DNA of 64,000 bases from Takakia lepidozioides (taxonomy: Eukaryota > Plantae > Bryophyta): positions 71,796,001 to 71,860,000 of the forward strand of contig CM060731.1 of the NCBI GenBank assembly GCA_030704615.1, given 5' to 3'. Under the pieces are notes generated by a model that was not told the DNA's origin, made no database searches, and was given only the letters and a program-made list of their open reading frames with translations. This document shows positions 23,101-36,003 of the stretch, one piece after another. Within the stretch, counting starts at the first letter, position 1. Each line of letters begins with the position of its first letter. Made by a program: the position numbers and the translations under genes.

Positions 23101-23909
23101 CCATGTTGAAGGAATTAATTGCCTTCCAAATTGTACATGGATTCATTTATACCAAGACCAAAGAGGTAGCAAGTATTGTCATGGGCTGCGGGTTATACTA
23201 CGCTGCTTGTTTTCTGGTACGTTATCACATTGAGCAGCAGAAGATGCAAACGCGTTTTCTGAGTTATTCCAGTGGGGATCATTGGGTCTTACCTTCAGTG
23301 CCACCTCATATGTACCTATATGAGGCAAAAGTTATGATGCAAAAGGATTCTTTGATTCGTTCATGGTTTCATGCGGCCTGGAACAATTTGTCAACATAGA
23401 AATTCGGCCCTGACGATATTTTCTTTAAGGGACACGAGGCATGGAAATACTTGCACAATTTACAAGTCATTGGTACCCCACTCACCTGGACAGACAAGGA
23501 GCTTAGGGTCTTCACCAATTTTGCAATTCAGCGCTTACAACAACAAGTTTTACAGTTTAAACTTCCAGACATGGTGGAACAACATTGTATGCCCCAGAGA
23601 ATTCCAGTTAGCGTTCGACATTTAAAACACCTCAGGGGGGACGAGGATTCTAATACAACTGTTTCTTCAGCGACTTCTTTTGACATGGCAGAGGACTATG
23701 CAATTCAGATGGCAGAGAGAAGCGACGGGGGTCTCCTATGCCTGAAAGATTACCTCGATATCAGCCTCCAGAGGGACTGACATATCCGGTAGTGTTCAAT
23801 CATCTCCCTCAACCAGTGACAGACACGGGCTCGCACACGGAGTCCTTCACGAGACTCTAACCGTCAAAAGGGTGCTCGCTCACAAAGGGTTACAAATCCC
23901 AAACGGTAA
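20120..23909 (+). pseudogene. Extra 3' ORF (ORF3) of T1, decayed
   Basis: Fragments such as MEEIRVKSTTILQKQ, NALHTELQTVHDRM and YTKTKEVASIVMGCGLYY match the T2/T3 ORF3. Confidence 0.8.
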
Positions 23910-23947
23910 ACCGTGAGGACACGGTTTTTTGAGAGGGGAAGGGGTAA

Positions 23948-24927
23948 TGTTAGAGGACTGTTTGGGACTTAGGCACTTTTACGGGATCTGTGGGGTACCC
24001 TTAATTTTTGCACAGACTGAGACCAACAGGAGCTTAGGGGTGACAGCAGCACACTTTAAGGGGGGGTTACACAGCCCGTCACCGCCCACACAACCCGTCA
24101 CAGTCCACACACAGCCCGTCACAACACAAACACATTCACACAGCCCACCCCGTCACACCACTCCCGTCACATCCATTCCAACCTCCAACACAGCCCAACA
24201 CACCACAGCCCTTCACCAGTCACAGCTCACCTGCCCGACACAGCCCAACACATTCGCACAGACAGTCACAGTTTCACACAGCCAGTCACAGCTTGACACA
24301 GTTGTCACGACCATATGGAACGGATAGCAGGACAGAGAACGACTGTGGGGAACAACATCTGCGAATGGAACAGTTAGTTCACGGATGACGGTTAGTGAGG
24401 GAAATGGTTAGAACCACGGAAAGGAAATAAAGCGGAGCGGGACTGGATGAGGATCACTTCGTGGGGATCAGAACTAACTTGGAAATGAAGCGGAGAGCGC
24501 ATCTCTGAGGAGAAAGAGGGAAGCACGGAGTAGGAGGAAACGATCTGTTGATACTGGCTGAATGCAAGAAGTAGAGTTGTAATGTAGAGCAGAATAGAGA
24601 CACCATGGCTTCAGCCTGATACTTGATAGATATTAATCTGATACATACTTCATACTCACACTGTGTAGAGAGACCAAAGTGAAGCTGTGGAATGAATGGA
24701 TGGAACTTGATAGATTTCTGAAGCAAACTGATACTTAATTGCAGAGTAGGTAACTCGCTAACATGAATGCGGGAAGGAGTACAAATAGGAAACACCCCCA
24801 TGATACACTAGCTTGAGGTCATGACTGATGTTCTGAGCGGGCTGAGTGCTTAGAGATTTCCAACTCTTCTATCTTGGAGTTCCCACCTCGGATAGCGAAG
24901 GGATTGGTGAGTAAAAGCCGCGCGACA
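23948..24927 (+). repeat. 3' LTR of T1
   Basis: TGTTAGAGGAC...AAGCCGCGCGACA, preceded by PPT GAGAGGGGAAGGGGTAA. Confidence 0.9.
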
Positions 24928-26209
24928 GAGCCAAGTCATCTAGGATTGTATAAGGAGCAGGCATTTTGGTTTCTCCCCGAGTAAGCGCATCAGCGTTGCT
25001 GTTTTCCTTCCCCTTCTTGTAAACAATGTCAAATTCAAAGCCCTGAAGAAGTAAAGACCATCTAGCAAGTCTGCCAGACAATTCTCGAGGAGTTTTAAGG
25101 GCTTTGAGAGGTAGATGTCTGTCTCCACGGTGAAATACAACCATGCAGGTACTGCCTGAAGTTTTTCACAAACCAAAATACGCCAACCCCTCTTTGTCAG
25201 AATACTAATAATTCTTTTCATGTTTATCAAGCCGCTAGATGCGTAGCAACACATGTTCTCTACCATCTCGTACTTGGTTGAGAATAGCAGAAACAGTCAT
25301 GTCACTGGCATCTATCTGCAAAAGAAACGGGAGAGAGAAGTCTGGGAAAACCAGCACTGGAGCAGTTGTGAGGCTATCTTCAGCACTTCAAAGGCCTTGG
25401 TTTCAGGTATGCCCCAGTGAAATCGAACATCCGTGCATAGTAGCCTGAACAAGGGACCAACCATGTTAGCAAAATGGAGGATAAAACGTCTATAATAGGA
25501 TGCAAGGCCAAGGAATGCACGATACAATGCTTATCACGTGGAACAGGGAAGTCCCATTCTGCCAATTTTGCTAACATCAGGATTGACGCTGCCCCACAAG
25601 GATGTGGCCAAGAAATTTGAGCTCTGCCATGGAAATCGCATTTTTTTGGCTTTAAACTTGAGACCCTACAGCTCTAAGATGACATAACAAACCGCTGCAA
25701 GTCATGAAGGTGAGAATCGAAAGTAGCAAGAATACATTAATGTCGTCAATGTATACCAATGCACATTCCCATCTCAGATTGCCCAGGACGAGATCAATAA
25801 GTCTTTGGAAAGTTGCTATGGCATTGCAGAGTCCGAACGACATGGTCTCATATTGATACATGCCATATCTGCATGTAAAAGTAGTCTTCTCTTTAGATGC
25901 TTCTGTTAGAGGGACTGCCAAAAGCCGAAGCTAGGTCAGTGAAGAGAAAATGTGGCACCACTAAGCTGATCTAGGGTCTCGTTAATCTTGGTAAAGGGTA
26001 CACATCTTTCTTTATCTGGAATTGAGCCGTCTCAAAGTCAAACACAACCTGGTGGAACCCGTCCTTTTTGGCTACCAACACAATCGGGCTGCCCAAGGTG
26101 ACACAGAGGGGCGGATGAACACCTGCATTCAACATTTTCTTAATCTCATCCTGGACTACTGCCCTCTCACGGATAGATTCATGATAGGCATATTGCTTGA
26201 CAGGATGCC
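24928..26209 (-). pseudogene. pol: Decayed RT-RNase H of a third Gypsy family 'D' (3' part)
   Basis: SPIVLVAKKDG, KKDVYPLPR, MSFGLCNA, VYIDD, FLGLASYYRRFI, GRLARW..NADALTR. Continues 35112-36003 across the T2 insertion. Confidence 0.85.
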
Positions 26210-27261
26210 TGTTAGAGGACTGTAGAGGACTTAGACACTTATACGGGATCTGTAGGGTACCCTTAATTTTTGCACAGACTGAGACAAACAGGAACCTTAG
26301 GGGTGACAGCAGCGCACTGTAGAGGGGGTTACAATAGCCCACACAGCCGACACGCAGTCACAGCCGACACACCACCCACACCACAAACACTCCCTAGCTC
26401 CCCGTCACAGTCGTCACATGCCCACACAGCCCGTCACAGTCGTCACAAGCCCCCACATCCACAACATCCGTCACAGCCCACAGCCCGTCACAGTCGTCAC
26501 AGGCCCACACAGCCCACACACTACCAGCCCGTCACAGTCCGCACAAGCAGCACAGCCCACACAAGCCAGTCACCCCTGCACAGCCACAAACAGCCAGTCA
26601 CAGCCCGACACAGCCAAACACAGCCAGTCACCGCTTGACACAGCTGTCACGATAATAGGGACCGAAGATGGACAGGGAACGACTGTGGGGACAACACCTG
26701 TGAAGGGAACATGTTAGTTCACATACGACGGTTAGAGAGGGAAACGGTTAGAACCGCGGATAGGAGGATAAAGGGAAAAACGGAGGATGAAGAAGGGATC
26801 ATTATTCGGGGAGGACTTGGGAGTCAGGCGGGAGCGGAGATCGGAGAGCACGATGAAGGAGAAAAGAGGATTAGTAGATGCTTTTTATATGCAAAGCTAT
26901 AGTGATATAGGAAAGAAGATAGAGACATAATGGCTTCGGCCTGATACCTGATAAATCATAATCTGATACTTATACGATACAATCAACACTGTGTAGAGAG
27001 ATCTGAGTGAAGCTGTGGATTGAATGGAGGAGTTAAGGAAACGCGATAAATTGATGAAGCAACTGCTACTTAATTATCATGTAAGGTAGCTAAGATGAAT
27101 GCGGAAAAGGAAACAAATAGGAACACCCCATGATACACTAGCTGTAGGTCATGACTGATTGTTCTGCGCGGGCTGAGTACTTAGAGATTTCCAACTCTTC
27201 TATCTTGGAGTTTCCTCCGCCTCGGATAGCGAAGGGATGGGTGAGTAAAAGCCGCGCGACA
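26210..27261 (+). repeat. 5' LTR of T2
   Basis: TG...CA termini; matches 34109-35111; contains a CACAGCC repeat array. Confidence 0.92.
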
Positions 27262-28821
27262 TTTGGCGACCATACTGGGGACCTGGGACATGAACACCCA
27301 ATGTGACAGGCATCTGGTGGGATCATGGTGGTTGGACCATTAAAGAATTGGAAGTGAATCAAATTCCCTGTGGAAACGAAGGAAGAAAGATTGTCCCAAA
27401 CAATTCTTTCAAAGGTTCTTGAATTGCCAGACGGATGTAAAGAAATATTCTTACGAGTGCATGATGCTGATCCAGAATGGGGTCTGGAGAAAGGATGATA
27501 AAGATTTATCAGGTAGCCTGTAGAGGAAGAGCACGTTGGTTACCAACATTAGTTTATGTGATAGCGTTGCTATCCATTAAACGAGTAGAGTTTGAAGGCT
27601 GGGAAGAAGAAAGGTGAAGTTTATACTCATATGCATGAAGAGCTTGTACTGGTAAAGAATTGATTCCAAAGGATATTTTGTGGATCAAACTCACACCAAG
27701 ACAACTTTTCAGACTTGTTTGCCATATGGTTATATGGTAACGGAGACTTCAAGTAATAGCCAAGGTGCATTGAAGCTTGAAAGAAATCCAGGCATATACG
27801 AGAGATATTACAGAAGAGAGTTTTGGTTATTGCCACATAAAAGAAATGAAAGAACATGGACATGAGTGATGAAAGAGAAGCTAGACGACAAAGATATTCA
27901 TCAAAAAGAGAAAGCTATCTGAAAGCTAATTATCCATATCTTTTGGAGAGAGGAATAGACATAGGGGGATCATCTGGACCTCTCACAGCCATCAAGATCA
28001 AAAAGTGCATCACCATACCTATCGAAGACTAAAGTTGGATGCCACTCCTTCTGTTTCTTTGCAAGAAAGATTAAGAGAATTGGTACAGGAAGAAGATCAA
28101 TCACGAGGTGAAAGATCTGAGGTACTCCTTGGATAAAAACTTGACAGAAATCTTTGATAGAGTTGCAGGACCAAAAAGCAGGAAACTCTTCCAGTTTCTG
28201 AAGCAGAAGATGAAGAAGGAGATGAGGATGTGGCAGAGCCAACGGAGAGTTCAGACTCTCCAACACCCATTACAGTTGAGTTACATGAGTGAAGAAGAAC
28301 CCAAGGGCAGAACTTTGAGGATGAAACAGCGAGAAGAATTGGAAGAGGAAGAATATGAAGAGTAGACCAACAGCTGAGGTTGAGACTACAACCAGACATC
28401 CCAACCCGTTGGACCTGGATCAAGTGGAGCACTTAGATCACAGGCCAACGAAGGTGTCTGCTCAGGGGATCAGGCGGCTGCCTGGATCTGCTCTGGGGGG
28501 ACAGGGAGTGTGGGAAGTAGTGCAACTGAAGCTGTGAATACTGTGAATATCGTGGGGCCCGAAGCAGGGAGTGCTCAAGGGCCCACTTTGTGGAAGATCC
28601 ACCACAAAAACAACAGGTCCAGAAGGACCAGCACCAGCAAGGTGCCAGCACCTGTCATTGGGCAGAAGGTAGGGCCACAGATGGCGTTCAACCAACACGG
28701 GCAAAACCAACCCTTTCCAATATATTCCGAAAAGGGATCCGATGTACACATTTAGCCAATTTGAGGCACATTGTATAGTGAACAATGAGAATGGCGATGA
28801 TGCCAAGATGAGACTGTTTCC

Positions 28822-29321
28822 NNNNNNNNNNNNNNNNNNNNNNNNNNNNNNNNNNNNNNNNNNNNNNNNNNNNNNNNNNNNNNNNNNNNNNNNNNNNNNN
28901 NNNNNNNNNNNNNNNNNNNNNNNNNNNNNNNNNNNNNNNNNNNNNNNNNNNNNNNNNNNNNNNNNNNNNNNNNNNNNNNNNNNNNNNNNNNNNNNNNNNN
29001 NNNNNNNNNNNNNNNNNNNNNNNNNNNNNNNNNNNNNNNNNNNNNNNNNNNNNNNNNNNNNNNNNNNNNNNNNNNNNNNNNNNNNNNNNNNNNNNNNNNN
29101 NNNNNNNNNNNNNNNNNNNNNNNNNNNNNNNNNNNNNNNNNNNNNNNNNNNNNNNNNNNNNNNNNNNNNNNNNNNNNNNNNNNNNNNNNNNNNNNNNNNN
29201 NNNNNNNNNNNNNNNNNNNNNNNNNNNNNNNNNNNNNNNNNNNNNNNNNNNNNNNNNNNNNNNNNNNNNNNNNNNNNNNNNNNNNNNNNNNNNNNNNNNN
29301 NNNNNNNNNNNNNNNNNNNNN
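28822..29321. other. Assembly gap (500 N)
   Basis: Run of N. Confidence 1.
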
Positions 29322-30307
29322 TTGTCATACAAAAGATGTATGATAACAACAATGCCATGTACAAACCATAAACAAAGAAATGCTGGGAAGAGTCAGTGCA
29401 AATAAGTTGAAGGGGTACAGTGATCCATGACAAACCCCGGCAGCATGATTTGCATGTTGAACCGCAAGAGCAGTCACGGGCTGCACAGTGTTACGAACGG
29501 AGTAAGAGTATGGAACACTTGTCGCTAGGCCCAGTATATATGACCGGGGTGGGCAAAACAAACGTGACACAGCCTATCACAGCCCATCACGCGTGACACA
29601 GCCTATCACAGCCCATCACGCATGACACAGCCAACCACAGCCCAGCAAGGCGCAACACAGCCTACCACAGCCCGTCACGACGTGACACAGCCAACCACAA
29701 CCCAGCAAGGCGCAACACAGCCTATCACAACCTACCGCAGCGTGTCACAGCCTATCACAGCTTACCACAGTGCAACACAGCCTATCACAGCGTAACACAG
29801 TATGACACAGCCTGTCACAGCTCAACACAGCCTACTAAAGTTACACCATCCATAGAATCAGTGGCAAGTGGACACATAATAACTTCAGGAAAATGGATGA
29901 CGGAAGAGGAAACGGAAATTACTTTAAAAATAGACACGTGGAGGTCAGGGTGCGACACACAGCAGAGAATGAAGTGCAAGGACAGGTGTCAAAAAGAAAG
30001 AGGAAAAGAACGGCCGTCAAATGGGATGAAAGGCGGGCCCATTAATGAATACGGAAAAAGGGAAACAGAACGAACGGCAAGTACAGAAAAACTGAATTCA
30101 TGTCGCATGTGTGATCCTAGTGGACTATCCAACAGGGAAAGTCCACTAAAGAAGATAAAAGTTAAAATCCAGTCACAGCGGATACAGCCAATAGAAAACC
30201 AGAGAAATGATCAAGAAAATGGAGGGAAATTAAGCGCAAGAGGCGGCGTCGTTCTGAGTAACGGGCGTCTCGACAGGACAGGCCATAAATGCTATAACTT
30301 GGAAACT

Positions 30308-33300
30308 ATGGAGGAACTAACAGACTATACGCTCGCAATATTACTTACGCAATGGCAGAGACACGAAACGAAAGAGCAGAGCTTTTCTCTTGAACAATGC
30401 TTGCAAGCCCCGCAGGCTTACAAGAGATTACCCATAGCTTTCTGCGGCAACCATACGTTTCTGCTTTGTGCACTACAGGCATTCCTGCAGTTGTTACAGC
30501 CAAAGCAGTTCTGTGAGTCTAAGATGAAGAGAGTGAGAGGAATGGAGGAAATCAGGGTGAAGAGCACCACAATTCTGCAGAAACAAACGATGGCTACCCC
30601 ACAGGCGATAAAGATACTGAAGGAGCTGAGATTGGAAGGATTGCAAAGCATGGATTGGACACTACACCATAGACAGTACATGTTACAATTTTTGCAGAAC
30701 TTTGAGCCAAAGACAGGAACAACAACGGTGAAGGGAGTTGAATTAATGATTACCCCTATACCTCCAGCAATTGTTTCGATTGCCAGCAGGTCATGTGTAT
30801 GTGGAGGAACACAGGGAAAGACTGCAAATAGGGGATTTATTCCAAGAAGGGAGTTTCTTTAAAACTCAGGGTTATGCTTGTACCAAAGCTGTGTACCCAG
30901 GGTTAAAAGACATAGGCCAAGTATTGAACGTTCTGATTGCCCTGAAACAGAACCAACAATATTTGAGCAGATCCTTCACAGAGGAAATCCTCAAAGGCTT
31001 GAAGGGACAAGAGGTACAATGGGCGGACATAATGTACAACGCACTGGTAGAGGAGATGAAAAGATTACAAGGTACTACCGCAAAATCTCCTATCATAGTG
31101 TCTGGCCCAATCATTGCTCAAATAATCCTTAGTTCTGGCATACTTAATGCACAAGAAAGGAAGGAAATGGGAGTGTTTGAGCCAGAAACAACTGCAATGG
31201 AAGAGCAAGGCTCTTCACACAGTGAGGGTGGACTAGCAGCACAACCCGAGACTAAGAGGCAGAGAAGGGGAAAGACTGTAGTGGCGGATCCACTGGCTTC
31301 ACGGATTCCGCATGATAATGTTTCCCAAGCTCATGACCAGGAAGGGGCACAGCAGCACAAAAGAATGTTATTACTGGAAGCAGGACCTTCAGAGAGGGAG
31401 GAAGAAGTTACTTCTGCATCACAACCAACACAGCCACTTGAACGACTTGTCACAAGGTCACAAGTTATCCATGCAGCTCAACCCGAAATAATTGATTTGG
31501 AAAGTGAAGGGATAGAGATTCCAACTACAGAGCAGATAGTGGCAGAAATAGAGAAAGGGGACCTTCTCTATGAATATTCTGGTCTGGTAAAGGAGACAGA
31601 AATCCCAGAGGTGCAACAGTTGCCCAAGGGAAATCCTGAGGTGCATATAATGCACACACCTGTGTTGGAGGTACCACAGGCGGAAGGTCATGACACTGTA
31701 ACACCAGTCATAGATGAAGTAGTTCAGGAAGAAAATCCGGTGGGACAATGGCCTGAATGGTTAGTGAGACATCATACTGTTGAAGATCGGGAGGAACAGC
31801 AGCAACCTCACCATGATGACCCTCAACAGGCAATGCTGATGAGTTCCATAGGCAGGACACTTAATTTGTTGGGGACTTATGTCAAATCCCATGTTCCAAT
31901 TACCCAATTGACAGCCTTGAAAGAAGAACTCAGGAAGGAGTTTGAGGCTCGACTTGCCACTGATGTGCAAACAAGGTCGATGAAGAGGTCACTCTCAAGA
32001 TGAAGCAGGACTTGGCCAATACAGAAATGGCTTTGCAATTGGCCAAGCAACAATTGATTGAGGCAGGCCTCGCGCAAGACCAGTTGCACGAAGCACATAA
32101 GCAACAGCTATATCAAACGCAGGTGCAGCATGAAAGCAAGTTGCAAGAACTGAATGCACTACATACGGAGTTGCAGACAGTGCATAACAGGATGGCGATA
32201 CAATGCGCTACATTTACAACTATGCTTGACCAATCAACAAAAGAAATAAACAGTCAAGCGGAAAAATGTACGAAGGCAGAAGAAGAGAATGTGGAGCACA
32301 TGAAGCTCATTGTCGATATGAAGAATACAATCTGTCGCAATGAAGATACTTTCAAGCAATACAGGCAGATGGAAGCTGAGCAAGAGAAATACATCGTGGA
32401 GTTGCAACAAACCATCGTGGCCAATAGAAATGAAATCGCGGTCAGTAACAAGGCTTCGAAGGAAGCCAATAATCTACTTGCTGCCTATGCGCAATTGGTT
32501 GAGCCACAGGCGAAGCGCATGGAGGCTTTACAACAGCAGTTGGAATTGTACAAGCTAAGAGAGAGCAAACTCTCAGGGGAACCACAAGCAGCTTGGTGGA
32601 TAACAGCCTTATGCAGGTCTGGTTAGCACAAGGGCCAGTAGAGGGCAAAAGCCCACGGAAGCTCACCCAAAGCGAGATGAATGAGCTCAGACTGCAGGTG
32701 CAGAACATTGCCACAACTACTATAGACAATGTCTATAGTAGGATAGCAGAGTTACAAGAGGATGTAGACGGACTCCAGACTCAAGTGGAAGACCTCACTT
32801 CAAACATCGACCAAAGAGTCTATATCCCTCAGGAACAGCTAATGGCTTCTTATTTGCAAGCCAGAACTCTGGCTTTTCAGTCTTCACAGGAGGTGCAGGA
32901 GATGCCAATGGTACAGGAACCAGTACCACCACCACCACAACAAGTCAGTGTACCAGTAGCTGAACCTGTGGTTACTACAACCACACCACAGCCACCACAG
33001 CTGGAGGTATGGGGCAATGCAGCTTTTAACCCACCTAAAACTCCAGCTGCCAGGGAGTACAGTAGGGCTATGATTATGCCCTTCAACCAAATTCCCATCA
33101 TGTTGGATTTGGCTTGGAAAGAATTTAGTCCTCCGCAGTCATTCGCACATTACTACCAAATCATGCGTATTTGGCTGCCAGTGGCAACCAGGACTAAAGT
33201 TCTTCCAAACAATCGACATATTGAAGATCATCACTTTGCACAATACTGGCACGAGGCAGGTACCATGTTGAGGGAATTGGTTGCTTTCCAGGTTGTACAT

Positions 33301-34071
33301 GGACTCATTTATACCAAGACCAAGGAGATAGCAAGTATTGTCATGGGGTGCGGGCTATACTACGCTGCTTGTTTTCTGATACGTTACCACATAGAGCAAC
33401 AAAAGATGCAAGCACGCTTTCAAAGTTACTCCAGTGGAGATCATTGGGTATTACCTTCGGTGCCACCTCATATGTACCTATATGACCCAAAAGTTATGAT
33501 ACAGAAGGATTCTCAAATTCGTTCATGGTTTCAAGCAGCCTGCAACAATTTGTCAACACAGAAATTCGGACTTGATGACATTTTCTATAAGGGACATATC
33601 GCATGGAAATACTTGCACGTTGCACCAGTAATTGGTACCCCACTCATCTGGACAGACAAGGAGCTCAGTGTCTACACCAATTTTGCTGTTCAACGGTTAC
33701 ACCAGGTTGTAAAATGCAAACTTCCAGACATGGTAGGACAGCATTGTATGCCCCAGATGATTCCACAAAAAGTTCGAAAATTAAAACACCTGAGAGGCGA
33801 TGAGGATTCTGATACAACTGTTTCTTCACAAAATTCTTTTGACATGGGAGAAGACTATGCAATTCAGATGGAAGAGAAGAAACAAAGGGGATCTCCTATG
33901 CCGGAAAGATTACCTCGATATCAACCTCCAGAAGGCCTCACTTATCCAGGTAGTGATCAACCATCTCCATCAACCAGAGACAGACCTCGGGCTCGTACAC
34001 ACAGCCCACCACGAAACTCTCAACGTCAACAAGGTGCTCACTCACAAAGGTTTGCTACTCGGAAACAGTAA
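30308..34071 (+). CDS. Extra 3' ORF (ORF3, env-position, ~1250 aa) of T2, split by three apparent frameshifts
   Basis: ORFs 29861-30862, 30771-32003, 32000-32626 and 32593-34071 tile one protein that is conserved in T1 and T3. It has a long heptad-rich segment and ends just before the PPT. Confidence 0.75.
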
Positions 34072-34108
34072 ACCGTGAGGACACGGCTTTTTGAGGGGGA
34101 AGGGGTAA

Positions 34109-35111
34109 TGTTAGAGGACTGTAGGGGACTTAGACACTTATACGGGATCTGTAGGGTACCCTTAATTTTTGCACAGACTGAGACAAACAGGAACCTTAGG
34201 GGTGACAGCAGCGCACTGTAGAGGGGGGTTACATAGCCCACACAGCCGACACAGCAGTCACAGCCCACACAGCCAACACAGCCCGTCACAGTCGTCACAG
34301 CCCACACAGCCGTCACAGCCCACACAGCCCGTCACAGTCGTCACAGCCCACACAGCCGTCACAGCCCACACAGCCCGTCACAGTCGTCACAGCAGACACA
34401 GCCCACACAGCCAGTCACAGCCCAGCACAGCCACACAGCCAGTCACAGCCCGACACAGCCAAACACAGCCAGTCACCGCTTGACACAGCTGTCACGATAA
34501 TAGGGAACGAAGAGTAGGACAGGGAACGACTGTGGGGAACAACACCTGTGAAGGGAACATGTTAGTTCACATACGACGGTTAGAGAGGGAAACGGTTAGA
34601 ACCGCGGATAGGAGGATAAAGGGAAAAACGGAGGATGAAGAAGGGGATTATTATTCGGGGAGGACTTGGGAGTCAGGCGGGAGCGGAGATCGGAGAGCAC
34701 GATGAAGGAGAAAAGAGGATTAGTAGATGCTTGTTATATGCAAAGCTATAGTGATATAGGAAAGAAGAATAGAGACATAATGGCTTCGGCCTGATACCTG
34801 ATAAATCATAATCTGATACTTATACGATACAATCACACTGTGTAGAGAGATCTGAGTGAAGCTGTGGATTGAATGGAGGAGTTAAGGAAACCGATAAATT
34901 GATGAAGCAAACTGATACTTAATTATCAATGGTAAGGTAGCTAAGATGAATGCGGAAAAGGAAACAAATAGGAAACACCCCCATGATACACTAGCTGTAG
35001 GTCATGACTGATTGTTCTGCGCGGGCTGAGTACTTAGAGATTTCCAACTCTTCTATCTTGGAGTTTCCGCCTCGGATAGCGAAGGGATGGGTGAGTAAAA
35101 GCCGCGCGACA
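34109..35111 (+). repeat. 3' LTR of T2
   Basis: TGTTAGAGG...CGCGACA after PPT GAGGGGGAAGGGGTAA. Confidence 0.92.
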
Positions 35112-36003
35112 ATGCCCATCAATGATAATCTCATGTTTCAAAACACTGGTTCTACCAAGATCATGAGACCCTCGACTGAATACAGACAAGTTTCTACGGA
35201 TCAAAGCATGCAATTTGGCCAGCTGACCCTTGGTTATATCACCCACCTGGATTTCGGCCAGCACTTGGGCAAAGTGCTCCTCTTGCTCTGAGGTGAGAAT
35301 AGTGTCGTCACTGACTGCAGCAATGTTGGTCATGGCAACAAGGCTGTCCACAGGGCTATCTATAAGACCAATGTCATGAAAATTGAGAGCAGCCTCTACA
35401 GATTGAATCGTAGTCAAGGGCAAGGCAGTGAGACGAGCCATAACCTGACCCTTCTTGATTTTGACCATCATACGCTCAGGATTAGCAAGGAGTAATTTAA
35501 TTTCTCCTCTGTACCCTCTGTCCAAAACCCCAGAAGCCACCAAACAGTGTTTCTGCAAGGACAACTTCTTCCAGCCTTCGATTTCCATATACATGTCCTT
35601 AGGACAAATAAAAGCCAGGCTAGTGGGAGCCAAGATTTGGGACATTGCCGGCAAATCAATATCATAAGGAGCTCTCAAAAGTACTGAATTGCTGGAAACA
35701 GGAAGAGGGGCTCCAGTTTTCTTACCTGGTTCAGGCAAATGCCATTGGAGGAGGGTAGTGGTTGAGTCACTATTGAAATTAAAGAATCTGGTCCAGTTGT
35801 ATGAATTACCAGCACTTTGGCGAACCTCTTGAGCAACCGCCTTCATTTGAATAAGATGTCGAGTGGAACTTCCAGCCATGATAGGAACAGAGTTCAGATT
35901 GACAGTGTGTCTGGTACCATTGCCATTGCTCAAGGTCATGACATTAGTGTGTAGGTTGATTTCTGCCCTGGCTTCCCTCATCCAATCCAAGCCAATCAGA
36001 AAT
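35112..36003 (-). pseudogene. Family D pol fragment: protease C-terminus, dUTPase-like domain, start of RT
   Basis: FLIGLDWM (retropepsin C-terminal motif), GVLDRGYRGEIKLLL..KGQVMARL (dUTPase motifs 3/4), DLGRTSVLKHEI (pre-RT). The reading continues at 26209. Confidence 0.8.

Larger units (their letters stand above)
18185..24927 (+). mobile_element. Athila-like Ty3/Gypsy family 'T', degenerate copy T1 (5'-truncated; ~2.6-kb internal deletion of RH and INT at ~20040)
   Basis: Decayed protease and RT (18185-20035) join directly to sequence upstream of the 3' ORF, followed by PPT and 3' LTR. Homologous to 39325-52645. Confidence 0.85.
26210..35111 (+). mobile_element. Family T copy T2, both LTRs present, 5-bp TSD ATGCC, most of gag-pol lost in the N gap
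   Basis: LTRs 26210-27261 and 34109-35111. ATGCC at 26205-26209 and 35112-35116. PBS TGGCGACCATACTGGG after the 5' LTR; PPT before the 3' LTR. Confidence 0.93.

Noticed and set aside
28462-29433. Long ORFs spanning the gap
   Set aside because: They are composed mostly of X from Ns.
34038-34483. His/Ser/Thr-rich ORFs in LTR repeat arrays and recurring MTDCSARAEY ORFs
   Set aside because: Low-complexity or LTR-end translations that run into unrelated flanks.
34479-34494. Family T LTR motif CTTGACACAGCTGTCA resembling the GACAGCTGTC junction
   Set aside because: A short match inside a CACAGC-rich array. Family T has normal LTRs and 5-bp TSDs.
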